NCBI RefSeq assembly: GCF_964204645.1
Contig: NC_134027.1
Coordinates: 11,502,485-11,566,484 of the forward strand
Direction of reading: 5' to 3'
Length of the DNA: 64,000 bases
Source: Tubulanus polymorphus
Taxonomy: Eukaryota > Animalia > Nemertea
Shown: one piece after another, positions 23,501 through 36,110 of the stretch
Numbering within the stretch: the first letter of the stretch is position 1
How the letters are laid out: each line of letters begins with the position of its first letter
Position numbers and translations under genes: made by a program
Notes under the pieces: model-generated
What the model saw: the letters and a program-made list of their open reading frames with translations, nothing else
The model's database searches: none
Told to the model about the DNA's origin: nothing

Positions 23501-26500
23501 ACTGGAGAAATTAACTTGTTTAATGACTAATGCCGATCAATTGCCTAATAGACGAACTGGAGCTTATGGTAAATCAGTACTCGCCTCACATAATTGGGAT
23601 CAGTGAACTGAAGGCTAAAAACCCGAGAAGTACTACACGAAACAAGCCACCACATATCAGGGGCTATGACTGTTTCAGCAATCTCGAGTCAGAGGCAGAT
23701 AGCAGGGGAATATGCCTGTACATAAAAAGTGTGCTTTCCCCAGTACCCTTTCAGCTGAAGACAAAGTTCTCCGAAAATGTTTGGGCTTCGGTTAACCTAG
23801 AAAATGACAGAAAACTACATGTAGGATGTATATATAGGAGCCCAAACTCAAACGACGAAAATAACAATAAACTTCTGAAAATGCTAGATGAAATTTCACA
23901 ACAAAATGCAGAAATGGTATTTTTCGGAGACTTCAACTATGGTGAAATTGAATGGGGAACACCTGAATGTAGCAAACCACCAGGACACCGTGCCTCAAAA
24001 TACCTGAATGCTACTCAGGATGCTTTCCTAACTCAACATCAGCTCGAACCATCTCGTTTCCGCGAAAACAACCAACCTAGCAATTTGGATCTTATCTTCA
24101 CGAACAGAGAAGGAAAGATATCCTCGATAGAACACACTTCTGGTCTTGGAAAGAGTGACCACAACATTATAACATTTGATTATAATTCATCAGTCTCCTA
24201 CACAAGAAATATCCAGGATAAGGTGCAATACTCCAAAGGTGATTATGATAAACTACGACGATTAACTCAGCGAAACTGGGCTGATGAAATGAAAAATATG
24301 AGTGTCGAGGAAAGTTGGGAGCACTTCAAATCAATAATAAAAGAGGCAGGGGAAAAGTCTATTCCTACTTCAAAATATAGTGGCGAAAGCAAACCTAGGC
24401 CACTCTGGATGACCCCGGATACTTTGAAATCAGTGAAAGAAAAGAAGAAGTCATGGAGGAAATATTTAAAAACGAAATGTGACCAAGATTATGCTCAATA
24501 TGTCACCGTCAGAAATAAAACCAGAAGAGATCTAAGGAAAGCTAAGAGGAACTTGGAAAAGAACATAGCAGAAACAGCCAAAACTAATCCAAAGGCTTTT
24601 TGGCAATATGCAAATAGTCAACTAACAAATAAGCAAGATATACCGCCTCTATACACATCCTTAGACCAAAACACCCTTACTGATTCCGATGACATAAAAG
24701 TGGAAGTTTTTGCCGACTATTTCGCATCCGTATTCGTTAACGAAGACTTGCAGAATATTCCTGTTTTACATGATGTGCCAGAGCGCCCAAAACTAGAAAA
24801 TATAGAAATCAAAGAAGACAAAGTTTTAAAATTATTAGAGGAAATCAAGGTCAACAAATCTCCAGGTCCAGATCGACTCCACCCCAGAGTACTCTTTGAA
24901 GCTAGAGAAAACCTTTATGTACCTCTTACAGTCATTTTCAACAAGTCGTTACTAAGTGGTGAAATACCAAAAGACTGGAAACTCGGGTGTGTTACCCCGT
25001 TGTTCAAAAAGGGAGATAAACATAAAGCTGAAAATTACAGACCCGTAAGTTTAACTTCCCTCGCATCCAAGCTTATGGAGACGCTAATTAGAGACGCTGT
25101 GACGAAACATCTGGAAGAAAATAAATTGTTATCGAACGACCAACATGGATTCAGGTCGGGAAGGTCTACCACCACAAGTCTGTTAGATTCACTTGACGAT
25201 TGGACTGAAGCACTGGGTAATGGATATGCAATCGATTGTATATACCTTGATTTTCAAAAAGCATTCGATACAGTGGCCCACCATAGATTAAACTTAAAGA
25301 TAAAGCACATTGGTATAACAGGCATCATCGGTCGATGGATTGAAAATTTTCTTAAAGACAGAAAGCAATGCGTTCGGGTAAATAACAGATGTTCATCGTG
25401 GAGAGAGATCAAAAGTGGTGTATCGCAAGGTAGTGTATGGGGACCTACACTATTCACTATATACATAAACGACCTTCCAGGGGTAACAAGTGTCCCTACA
25501 AAGCTCTTTGCTGACGACACGAAGTTGTATAACATCATCAGATCAAGAAACGATTGTGAAAAACTGCAGGAAAGTGTTCTAAACGTAACAAATTGGTCGA
25601 ACACATGGGACCTAAGTTTCCACCCAGAAAAGGCAAACAGGCTCAGAATTGGACCCGAAACGAATCCTTTCAACTACAGCTTGAGTGGTGTACCTATAAA
25701 AAGAAGTACCGCCGAAAAAGACCTCGGAGTGATTATAGATGATAAAATTAACTTTAAAACCCATATAACCGATTCTGCTAACAAAGCTAACAGAGTACTC
25801 TACACGGTAAAAAGAACGATGCACTTCCAAGACACTCGTGCTTTTCTGCTACTGTATAAATCACTAGTGCGTCCTATACTAGAATACGGAGTGTGTGTTT
25901 GGGCACCAAACTCTATCGCCGAGATTGACAAACTCGAAAGTATCCAGAGGAGAGCTACGAAGATGATTAGAAATATTAGACATCTTCCATATGAACAACG
26001 ATTACAAGTACTAAATCTCCCCAGCCTATCTTATAGAAGACTGCGTGGAGATATGATCGAAACCTACAAGTATCTCCATAAAATAAATCGCGCAAGCTCC
26101 ATCGTCCATCTAGACCCTAGACCAAGAGAAACACGAGGGCACTCTCTAAAACTGGAGAAACGTAGAAGCAAAAAATCTATACGAGCGAACTTCTTCAGCA
26201 ATCGAATAGTGAATATCTGGAATTCTCTACCTGATGATGTTGTATCATGCGAATCACTAGACCTATTCAAGAAAAAACTCGACAAGCAATGGACAAATTA
26301 CGAACTGAAATTTAATTATAAAGCAAAATGAACTGAAATTAGTCTATCCCCTTTTAGCAGCGCACTACGACGCAGATAACGGACTATGTACAGCTAACCA
26401 GTGCAAGATCGCAGAGCGGTCACTCACTTATATGCTGATACTGATACTGATACTGAAGTCAAAGGTTTTGAGCTACCATGATCATCAAAAGCTACTTAGG

Positions 26501-29500
26501 ATAACAAATTTATGCACAAACAATAGTTAACTTCTATCTGATTACAGAACAGTCAGTTTGAGGTAAGTTGGTGGAGTTTCAAGGGGTGAAATAGACGCTC
26601 AAAGCCTCGTCCCTCAAAATGAGGGACGAAAATTAACCTTATGAGCCCTAGACCTGTAGACGTTGTTTGTAGAACGACAGCTAGGTACTAGACTAGCCTG
26701 CCTAATGCTGAAAAATCAGATGTTACAGTGACGTCACCACCTGCTCATTAGAGTATCAAAATACAGTAGGTGGCGCTACGTGACGGGCCATAAAAGCCGT
26801 TTTTCAGCATTACGCGAGCGTATGCTAGGTAAACTATCGCTGATAGATGAAAACACAAACAAATCAATGCCACTTCATGATTTATTTCTGAATGCAAATT
26901 CCTTACTGAACAAATTGATGCATAATATTTACAGATACACCGATTATTAACGAAATTACGGACCAAAACGTCGCACGGAGAGCAGGTGTGACAGACAGTA
27001 GGGATCAATATGCGTAGCTTTCGGTAGAGTTACCGCACATGTAAAATCATTTTTTTGTAGCACTCGAAGAAGTCGAAGAGGTTTTCGCAATAGATTACGA
27101 TGAACCGGCTAACGCTACACAAACTGCGCAGCTCCCGCAACAAAGCAAGACGTCGTCGTTAGGATCTGGTAAAAATCCCCCGGCAGCCAAACTAGCAGAA
27201 GAGCCGACATTTACGCCCGACGGTACGCTGTTGTACGAAGTACGTGCGTGTCCGAATCGCACCAATCCGTACCACGAATGCGCTGATTATTGCATGAAAA
27301 CGTATGGTTTGAAAGCGTTCAACGCGGATAAAGACATGACGCGCAAGAAAAATCGAATGTTATCGAAGTACCCGCTGCCTCCCGGTTGGGAAGAAGTCGC
27401 TGACCCAAACACGTATGTATATCTGGATAGTTATCTAAGATAACGATTTCAGGGGCCACTCGGGTTTCATGATAAACAAGCGGTGATGGTGTGTGTAGTT
27501 TGAGCATTCGCCTGTGGGATGCCAGGTTGTGGGTTCGAACCCGATGAAAAATTGGTGAAACAAGAATCGGTTTCGTAAGCAAATTGTGGAGCGGTATATT
27601 AGTGAATGTTGGGGGCCAAGATGTGGTTCCGAATGCTGCCCATTCCGTAGCGCCCATGGACAAAACGTTAAAATCCTTATTGCCTCTCTCCACCCAAGAA
27701 TAAATGGGTACTTGGTATGTCAAAAGGTCACACTAAGGATCTAGTATGAGGAGCACATTTTTAAAACCTGTTCAAATATTCTCCCGAAAAGTATCAATTC
27801 AATGAAACCAGTCCTAGTTCGACATTGATTCTTCATTTGATTCATTTATAGATTTGTGCGCTTATTTTTTTATCTCACAGAAATCGATGTTACTATTGGA
27901 ATACGGGGACAGATGAAGTATGCTGGCTTTCTCCGCTACATCCTAGAGCTATTGTATCTCTGCCTGCGGATAGATTGATAGGTAGGCTTTAATAAAAAAC
28001 TATGCTTATTGAAGAAATATATTTTTCTTGATACTATCATAATTATCGTCTCTTTTTCTCTATGAAATCCTTACTGAAATTGAGTCGTAGCAGTATCCCT
28101 TGCTCTGAACACAAAACATTCCGACCTACGGATGCAATTTTAACAGTAAAATAAAGTGATGGACCGCTTTGGTGATCCTAACACTGGTTGGTCTATATTG
28201 TATATTGTTCAGTTCAGACCTACTCGAAGATTCGGTTCACACCCCTTATCCTAGACACTTTTTCGTAACTTGAGTAGTTAGTTAAATCTGAATTCAAAGA
28301 TTAACATCACTGAAATAGAGTAAAATTCATTTTAAAATGCATATATAAGTCCCACAATCATGAAATGGAAAAACTAAAATTTTGTAACGTAATAGGATAA
28401 AAATTTTCGGTTTTCTACTAAAGACCATTTTCAAAGAAATGAATTCACCGAGTGGCCCCTGAATAGATTCATTTTATCTGGTTCAGTCAAAAAGAAAATC
28501 GTACATAGGGAATATTCATCTTAACAAGTTGACTCAGAATAATGATATGATGATAGGATTTATTAGATCAAACCCTGGATTTAACTATTCCCGATTTAGC
28601 TGGTGACTTACTAGTTGTTCCTTTCATGTCGATGTCATCTTTTCATCAAGTTGATCATGTAAAGAAGTCGGCGTTATTTTCCTAATTGTAGAATTAGCGC
28701 AATTCCAAGAAGAAGAACCTTTAGTGGACAACATGCCCGAAATTATGGAAACCGTAAGTAAAAATTAGAAAGTGGATATTTTGCCGGCGCGGCGTTATTT
28801 AAGTTAACATGATTTTGCCACCCCTATTAATAACAATACACTGATATGTCTTTCAAAAGCTCTTCCCTGTGGAATAGAGACATCTGAATATGTTTGGAGG
28901 AATATTGAGAACGAACAGCTGTTGACATTTCACCTCCGTTGAAAAAGCCCATTGATTCAGTACAAGCACTGTGTATTCTGTTGTGGGGTTGATAATCGAT
29001 GAAAAATCATTATGGAGAATTTAGTATCAATTTTAGTGGAAACCGGCTAAAACACAGTTGGTGGTAAGCTCAGATGGGCTTCCACCAACATGTGCTTAGT
29101 GAATATCTGCAATATCTGATCCCAAAAGGTTATCTGCCAATCACCTTAAAGTTAAAACTGGTCTATGAAACTTGCCTGGAGTGGGGGGGGGGGGCTTCTA
29201 GAAAATTTGGAAATTCACCAGTAGTTGAAGAGAATATTATGACATTCACCGAGATATCGATCAGGTTGGTTTCCCTGGGTGTACTCCTCGTGCTTTGGTT
29301 TTGGCATCAGCTAGCAGGATTTTCATTTCATGGTACAGTGGAACCTCCTTACAACAAACTTCAATGGACCCAAATAGTAGTAGACCCGGAAAGTTTGTCG
29401 TTTCCAGTATGAAATTGTTGAAATTGTCCTGTTTGTAATAACCGACAAATCATTACATCTGAGGTGACTATTATTATGAGGTTCCGCTGTGATATCATTT

Positions 29501-30608
29501 CGATTGCAGTTGCCAAAAGCAAATGCTGTGCTATCAGACTTCGCAATCAATCTCCTGTTATGCGTTGATAACTCTTTTATCGAATATTCATTATTGTAGG
29601 ATGATTTCGATGTGTTGGAAAGTAAAATTCGCAGCAGCAGCAGCAGTGGGACTAGCAGTAGTGGTGGTGGATATAAAAAACGAAAATATCGCGGCAATGA
29701 CGACGATGAGTTGGATCCGATGGACCCTTCTTCTTATTCCGATGTACCGAGGTATATGATTATTATTTATAGGCCATGATCATGGTTCTGTACGGACTAA
29801 AAATTGTATTGGCTTTTTCAATGCAACGGATTGAACTCCTTAATGGTTTCACTTGTTTCTGGATTCCGTGTTCCCAAGATTAATTAATTGCACAAAAGAC
29901 CCTAGTGACATCTATTGGATGTCTGGCAAACCAAATAACAGCGTGGATATGTCCGTAACACTCGAAGGTGTTTGTCCTCACCTGTCAGTATCACTGCCGC
30001 CAGCCCCCTGGCCTCACGACGCGTGTGGTTTCGTGACGTCATATGTCAACTTCCACTTCCTTGCTCGCTAAAATGTTCGCTGATTGGCCCATTTAACGGG
30101 AAATTCAACAGAAACCTCAAGTCGTTTATTTATACAAGTGCTATCATTGGCCCGACTGGATTCTGGTTTGCTAGTAACGACTCCCGAGTCAGGAGGTCAA
30201 GGGGTTTGGGGAACAGCTTTAGCGTAGTGGGTTCGAATCCTTGACGGTTGTCAATGTCAGGTGTTCGGTGTTGACATGAACATATACATACGTCCAAAAC
30301 CTGCAGAGAATGGATGTAGAAATATGTCCAAAACCTTAAAGGAGCGAAGGCATGGGCTGATGATTGAAAAATGCATATCCAACATATGCAAAAGAACATA
30401 TCCCTTATTGTTGGTAATACAAATATTAATACTCATGCATGTGTTACACTGTTGCAGGGGATCATGGTCATCCGGATTAGATGTTCGTGGTTCGGCTAAA
30501 ACTGGCGTCGACGCGACAGCCTCTGGTCCACTATTTCAACAAAGACCGTATCCTAGTCCTGGCGACGTACTTCGCGCAAATCGAAAATTAGACGAACCTT
30601 CCAGATAG
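20579..30608 (+). CDS. PQBP1: Polyglutamine-binding protein 1 (WW domain), 6 coding exons, about 298 aa
   Basis: Exons 20579-20657, 27061-27412, 27881-27981, 28692-28753, 29600-29751 and 30458-30608 (897 nt, in frame). [16 protein letters not shown] start, WW domain LPPGWEEV...YYWN...[18 protein letters not shown] and [22 protein letters not shown] at 30663. Confidence 0.93.
21065..21562. mobile_element. About 500-bp foldback element (TAATGTCTATTT termini)
   Basis: TAATGTCTATTTCAACCTGACTTGAGAGCATTCCGGGTGGCCTAGCTC ... GAGCTAGGCCACCCGGAATGCTCTCAAGTCAGGTTGAAATAGACATTA, with arms of about 225 bp. Confidence 0.85.
22442..23320 (+). CDS. CR1 LINE ORF1 protein (PHD-like Cys remnant, coiled coil, RRM-like region)
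   Basis: 292-aa ORF with CETC...FFICKPC, a coiled coil, [12 protein letters not shown] and RLG...RPLRVIL, typical of CR1/L2 ORF1. The N-terminus may be damaged. Confidence 0.75.
   Translation: MKLTKRTVLGNWCETCVRTMYEDIDLKNLMFFICKPCKEDLPNLSRTRNEFSPEITGTHSFSPEDLACMKDIFKAGIKEVADQKVDKDDFKQLLTELSKLNTKVETMSTNLEKSETKRIQEIEEKVTQNIESDIRDITDSILESRQRRTHLILYNVPECNDPDWKVRLKTDSDAVERFLTITLGASVEKPKHLMRLGSQRTVGSDRPLRVILNTEWEKDSCLDRYLNKLRYNRDTLGNIRMSENKSKLEMKKYKKLRDELERRQQNGEKNLTIRNYRIVEQRANNSRDNSFR
23530..26331 (+). CDS. CR1 LINE ORF2: APE endonuclease plus reverse transcriptase
   Basis: 933-aa ORF with APE motifs (IGISE, YRSP, GDFN, LDL, SDH) and RT motifs ([29 protein letters not shown]), plus the CR1 C-terminal [12 protein letters not shown] and TRGHSLKL. 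The true N-terminus ([11 protein letters not shown]) is in another frame. Confidence 0.92.
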   Translation: MPINCLIDELELMVNQYSPHIIGISELKAKNPRSTTRNKPPHIRGYDCFSNLESEADSRGICLYIKSVLSPVPFQLKTKFSENVWASVNLENDRKLHVGCIYRSPNSNDENNNKLLKMLDEISQQNAEMVFFGDFNYGEIEWGTPECSKPPGHRASKYLNATQDAFLTQHQLEPSRFRENNQPSNLDLIFTNREGKISSIEHTSGLGKSDHNIITFDYNSSVSYTRNIQDKVQYSKGDYDKLRRLTQRNWADEMKNMSVEESWEHFKSIIKEAGEKSIPTSKYSGESKPRPLWMTPDTLKSVKEKKKSWRKYLKTKCDQDYAQYVTVRNKTRRDLRKAKRNLEKNIAETAKTNPKAFWQYANSQLTNKQDIPPLYTSLDQNTLTDSDDIKVEVFADYFASVFVNEDLQNIPVLHDVPERPKLENIEIKEDKVLKLLEEIKVNKSPGPDRLHPRVLFEARENLYVPLTVIFNKSLLSGEIPKDWKLGCVTPLFKKGDKHKAENYRPVSLTSLASKLMETLIRDAVTKHLEENKLLSNDQHGFRSGRSTTTSLLDSLDDWTEALGNGYAIDCIYLDFQKAFDTVAHHRLNLKIKHIGITGIIGRWIENFLKDRKQCVRVNNRCSSWREIKSGVSQGSVWGPTLFTIYINDLPGVTSVPTKLFADDTKLYNIIRSRNDCEKLQESVLNVTNWSNTWDLSFHPEKANRLRIGPETNPFNYSLSGVPIKRSTAEKDLGVIIDDKINFKTHITDSANKANRVLYTVKRTMHFQDTRAFLLLYKSLVRPILEYGVCVWAPNSIAEIDKLESIQRRATKMIRNIRHLPYEQRLQVLNLPSLSYRRLRGDMIETYKYLHKINRASSIVHLDPRPRETRGHSLKLEKRRSKKSIRANFFSNRIVNIWNSLPDDVVSCESLDLFKKKLDKQWTNYELKFNYKAK
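27478..27730 (+). mobile_element. tRNA-derived SINE with CORE/Meta-like central domain (decayed)
   Basis: A-box-like TGGTGTGTGTAGT, B-box GGGTTCGAACCC (27531-27542), and downstream CCATGGACAAAACGTTAA...TTGCCTCTCTCCACCCAAGAATAAATGGGTAC. Confidence 0.6.
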
Positions 30609-32432
30609 ATGTTCTGAATATTATTTGTATTTCTTAGTCTCTTCGTGTATCATTTTGTACAGAATAAAAGTATCACAAAATATATACATGTCTTTAATTG
30701 TTTTGTCGTTTAGCGTCTTACCCCGACGATGATTTGAACTTGATGGAATCGCTAAGCACACTGTGACAATACAGTGAATTATGCTTTAGTCGGATATTTT
30801 GGGACTGGAGAGAAAAGGATTTTCAAGCTTTTTGATGATGAAAGTATGGCTGTCATAAAGAAATAAGCTCACTCCATCTCTGTAACATATATCAACTTGT
30901 ATAACAGGTGCAGAAGTGTGGCGCCTACACCTATTTTAGCTTGTTACAAGTTTCTTCAATGACTATCTTGGCATCTTCACATCTCTGATGAAATGCAAGT
31001 GCTTATAGGAAATCAATTTGAAAATAGGACCTCACGTTTTCCAACTCAAGTGTTTATCTGACTTTTATGTTATCCAATTTGCGCATAGCTTACTGTTCAA
31101 TCCTTACCATAGTAGGTCTGACACGAAATTTGTGCTGCTGAGTATCTGCAGCCAATCACTTCCAACAGGCAATTAATATTTCTTGAGTTGTGTGAAGCTT
31201 GAATGATAACGCCTTGTTGGCAGCAAATACAGTACATGTATGCCTCCATTAGTGACATTCACACTTCTTACTCTGTAACAAGGGGACTGAAAATATCTCG
31301 GAATTAACTGAATACTGAGATACGACTCGGGGGAAATTGAAGGTTTTACCAAATACATCCGCTCTGATCAGCACTGCGCAAGGAATTTTATGGAAAATTG
31401 ATTAGATTTGTACATGTTTATCCGGTCTACTAGGGAAGTTTCAATTCCAAGAGATATCAGGTTCAAATAATTGTCTTTCAGGGCAGCTTTGTGGAACTAA
31501 TGTGGTATTCAGTTCAATTCATTGCGTGGTATACTTATTTATTCTCTTCGAGCTGCTCAACCAGTCCAAGACAACTCATGTACTGCTTACTAGTACACAG
31601 CTAAGTCAGGGCTTATACCTTGTGCATGAAGTCTAGACCACTGTCCACACACCGACTATTTAAACCCTAAATGGTCTAATAGTTTGCATAAGATAATGAA
31701 TTCTACCAATGGTCAAAAGTTCATTCGAACAACTTAGAAATGGTCAAAAGTTCAGATGAATGGACAAGTGTGTAGCAGTTTAACAATCCCATGTTTAATC
31801 ACACTTGGGACATTATACTGTGTGCAGATGATGTTATACACCATGCATGGGAGAACCGCAGGCCAATTTCACAAATATCATTACAGAAAACTCTATTTAC
31901 TTTAAATTCAACCATTTATTTTTACCAATGTCAGCCTGTAAATTGCATTAATACGCACACACACACACGCACTATTCGGTACATGTCTAGTTTTTTTTAA
32001 CCTACTTATGGTCTAGTTTACTTAGGCTAGAGTGTTATTAACGATATTTTCAACGAACAAATAAATTCCATTCAATGTTAAAAAGAAGGGGTATTAATTT
32101 GACTAGCCTTAGCCTACGTTTATTTTTGAGGAAAAGTCCAACAACTACATATGCGAGAAAAAACGAAATCATCATGACTAATTACATCAATTTCAAATTT
32201 AGGCAATAAATATACAGGCGTATATACATTTACTATTCGGAGTGGAAAATACAGTTATATCTCAATTTTGAAGCTGTTCTAAAATGTTCGTTTTAATGGC
32301 CTGTCGTACGGCGAGTAAATTCTGTCCATATTATTAAAACTGAAGTTTATTTTGTTCTCGTAGATTACACGGGATGATTAAAAGTCATCAAACGATATAT
32401 TCATATAAATAAATTCCTAAATAGTGTTGTTG

Positions 32433-35400
32433 TTACTGTTGCGCGGCGAGTTTCGCTTTCAAACTGGCTGGCATCTCCGGCGGCGGCGGTCGCGGCAATT
32501 TGAAGGCTACCTTTACCGAGTCGTAGATGAACCATTGTAGAGCCGTCAGTGTACCGATCATGATAATCCTGGGGAACAATCCCTTCCACATACCTTCAAT
32601 CAAAAAATATATAGACGTCAGAAGCACTATATCAAGGACCTACGGTATCCATCTTCATACAGATGACATGGAAGACTTGTATTTAACTTGAATCCTAGAA
32701 GTCGTTATCCAGGGTCCCTACAGGATAGCCATTTGTGGATATAGGACTTTTCAAGTAGAAAATTTCATATTTCAAGGTTTCTGCATAACTTTTTTTTAAT
32801 CTCAATTACTCTCTTAAATCAATACTATTTATTTTGGTAAACCATCCAATCGATGGTTTTATCCTTACTAAACTTAGTTTCTAATTCGGTAACCGTCTAA
32901 TCAGGTAAAAAATCCTGGTTACAAATGTACTGATTTAGGCTTTGTAGTCTAATGACCCCAATGTACAACTTCTTAAGTATCTAATCGCCAATTTCACAAA
33001 ATTGAAGGAGTTTCTGACATTTTGCTCAAGTTAAAGGAGTTTCAAGCACTTTCAAAAGCATTTTCTGTTTAGAAGGAGTTTTCAAGGAATCAAGGAGCGT
33101 AGGGACCCGGTTGTCGACTAACTAGATCACATATCTTAGAACCATGACATTGAGAATATCGATTGGATTACCACTGATCGTCTCATTCAAACACAATTAA
33201 TTGGTCCTAATATGAATTTGAGTTATAGTCCTATGTGTCTAATTTTCTGTTTTAGAATGTCCATGCCACAGACCAGAGTTAACAATACCGAGATAAACTG
33301 TTAACTACAACGGGCCAGTAACAGAGGTATATTTCTCTAACACATTAATGACTCAAGCACCTTCGATGGTATAACCTGTAAAGTTATCGGATACTTTCAT
33401 TCATCGAACAAGTCAATGAATGTCCATAATCCCAAAGGTGGATCTAAGGAACGTGTTGAATCTTTCTCGCATAAAATACACACCAGGACGACTGATTCAA
33501 GTCAGTTTATACAGATAATATAACAACGATTTCTATGTTCAGTAAAACATGTCCATGCTACAGACCAGAGTTAACAGTACAAGATAAACCATTAACTACA
33601 CTTGGTCTGTAACAGAGGTATATTTCTCTAACACATTAATGACTCAAGCACCTTCGATGGTATAACCTGAAAAGTTATCGGACACGTTCATTCATCAAAC
33701 AAGTCAACGAATGTCCATAGCCCCAAAGGTGGATCTAAGGAATGTGTGGTTTTTGTTTCCCAGCCTTTTCCATCAGATAATTGAAATTGAGAGGCCGTCC
33801 ACTGTCGATGGTACAACTCAACCTCGCAGAATGATCTATCAAACACTACATTCTTACCAGGGCAATTGGCGCAATTACCCAAAAGGGTTGAAAATGATAA
33901 ATATACGAAGAGAACTCACCCGCAAGTCCTAATTTTTTGGCTACATCGACCATCCTGGCAGTTTTGTCTTGATTCAGTTTCGATACGATAGTATCAGCAG
34001 GATGAGATACGATGGCGCAGAATACACCAGCTGAAGAATGCAAATGAAACCATTTTGCAATTTAAATCACAAATGAACGCGAAACATACACAATACTACT
34101 ATCTGTGGGTATCAATCTGCTGCACTTCAGAGGATGATATTTTCAATGATCACCCAGAGATACTCTTTAAAATTGAGCGTTAACGTACTAAACATGTACT
34201 ACAAATACCAGACAATTTATCGGAGAATTTTGAAAGAATTCACACAAGAATTTAAGCCATTTTCTGACAGGGAGAATCTGAGCTGACACGTTTAACTATC
34301 TAGACTATATAATATAATTTTCTGGTTTTTTTTTCGCATATGAAGATTTTTGACAGTGAAAACTGACACTGAATTTCGCAGGGAATGGTCGACGCTTTTC
34401 GTAGTTTTGACCATTGAGAGAATCATCGAGCTTACCGATATAACCAGCGACGAATGTGACGACCAACTGTTCTGGTTTCGTGCACTCGGCTCGTGGTTTT
34501 GGCACGACGTATTTGTACAAAGCCTCCACCGTACGTTCGAAGCAGGCAAATTTCATCATCGTGTACGGAATCTGACGGCCCCAGAGTGGAACGATACCCT
34601 TATAGAATCTACAAAACAAAGGACAAAAATTTTTACTTAATCACACGAAATAGCCTTTCTTCTAACTTATAAATCAAAAATGCATATCCCGCTTTTTTTT
34701 CAGCATTTTTGGAATTGGATTGGACAATATTATAAAGAATGAAAGTGAACTCCACCCGAAATCACACGTCTCATCACGAAAATCTATTTTCCTTTCAAAC
34801 AGTGCGCATTGTATTCTTTGCAACAAGAAGCTAAGCCCTTTATTAAATTTCACTCATGGGAATCTCTGAATACCACTGGCTATGGGCATGCATTAAATAG
34901 AGGGGTCCAGGCACACCATAACATAAATATTCAACCACCCCCGATGAGCAAATTCAGAAACCAATATGACATCTCCAAAAACAGAACAAAATCACTTACC
35001 CGAAAACACCTTCTTCCGCTTTCAACTTGGGGAAACCTTCGCGTAACGTGTTGGCCCAACCGGGCTGCGTCTGGATACGTACTTTACAGGCTTCCATCGG
35101 ACACAACATTATATCAGCGAAGAACTCGGCAGAAGCACTGGCGGCCAAGTACACTGACGTACGGTACAAAAAGGAATTTTCCTGAAAGACCACGGAACAG
35201 GTAAATCAGTGAGTTGGATATTCTTTGGCGCTTAGTGGGTTGAGATAGAAACAAGAAAACCTAACACATGGAACATAATGGTGAATATGCCTGAAGGGGT
35301 GTGGTTCCCGGGCGCAGGTCGTTTATCATATTGTGAATGCTACATTCACCAAACTATCCTCACCTCTCCTAACATTCCGTTGTAGACATTCTTGAAGACT

Positions 35401-36110
35401 TCATAGAAGCCAAATTTACCCAGACCCTGCATAGAGTAACCGATGAACGTCGGGGCCCATCCTTTCGCGAGACCTCTGGCGCCATCTTCTTTCAGCGTTA
35501 TTTTGAAGCCGGTGAAGATGCCCTTGTACTTGTCGGGATTGACCTGGATTCGGCATTTCACCAGATCGAGCGGGACGACGGCCGTATGAGTGATACCACA
35601 ACTCAGGATACCTCCGAACCCGCAAAGAGCGTAGTATTTCGCTGAACCGAACTCACAGCTTGTCTCCTCTGCAACAAATAAACTGAAGTTCTAAGTTAGG
35701 CCTATCTCGGTCCGAACGTCATATAGTAAAATGGAAAATCTTAACAGCCTAAAACCGTAAATTTTGACATGAAACATTAATCTAGGTCTACGCCCCTTTA
35801 CAATTTAGGCCTATCCATCATTAATATCAACAAAATAGTGCCTCAACGTACGTTTTTTCATTCATCTCTTTGTTATAAAAATTTTCACTCAAGAGCGGTT
35901 TCTTTGACTTAAAAGATATACCGTACACTGGTTGGTGGCATTCATCTGTGCCCAATGAAATCACAATATGCTCGACTTACCAACATTTGCGGCTTTAATG
36001 ATTCGGTTTTCGTTGATCAATGCCCCTTCAGTTTCTTGGGTAGTTTGTGCTGGTCGAAATGGACTGGCGAAAGGGCTATTTCTAGCCGAATCAAACAGAG
36101 ATCGAAACAT
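32433..36110 (-). CDS. SLC25A3: Mitochondrial phosphate carrier, 6 coding exons, about 353 aa
   Basis: Exons 36110-35981, 35668-35364, 35181-35000, 34608-34436, 34030-33920 and 32593-32433 (1062 nt, in frame). Motifs [44 protein letters not shown] and [12 protein letters not shown]. Confidence 0.96.
32710..33110. mobile_element. hAT-like MITE in the last SLC25A3 intron
   Basis: TIR CAGGGTCCCTAC / GTAGGGACCCGG, subterminal TTCAAG(G) repeats, and a degenerate 5-6 bp flank duplication (G)TTATC/(G)TTGTC. Confidence 0.55.
33257..33745. repeat. Intronic tandem duplication with about 292-bp period
   Basis: ATGTCCATGC(C/T)ACAGACCAGAGTTAACA...CCCAAAGGTGGATCTAAGGAA at about 33257 and 33549. Confidence 0.8.

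Larger units (their letters stand above)
22050..26456 (+). mobile_element. Near full-length CR1-clade LINE retrotransposon in PQBP1 intron 1
   Basis: ORF1 plus ORF2, short 3' UTR and a (CTGATA)n microsatellite tail at about 26435-26456. The 5' boundary is approximate. Confidence 0.9.
20829..27001. mobile_element. Pair of about 200-bp inverted arms (about 20829-21030 and 26805-27001) bracketing nested insertions in PQBP1 intron 1
   Basis: CTACTGT(GT)CTGTCACCCCTGCTCTC..CCGTGCGACGTTTTGGTCCGTAATTT...TTTGCATTCAGAAATAAA matches the reverse complement of the right arm. TA lies at both outer ends. Confidence 0.65.

Noticed and set aside
27478-30245. tRNA genes suggested by GGTTCGAA B-boxes (27531, 30229; also about 57112 and 57695)
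   Set aside because: I could not fold a cloverleaf with an acceptor stem. These look like SINE heads or their relics.
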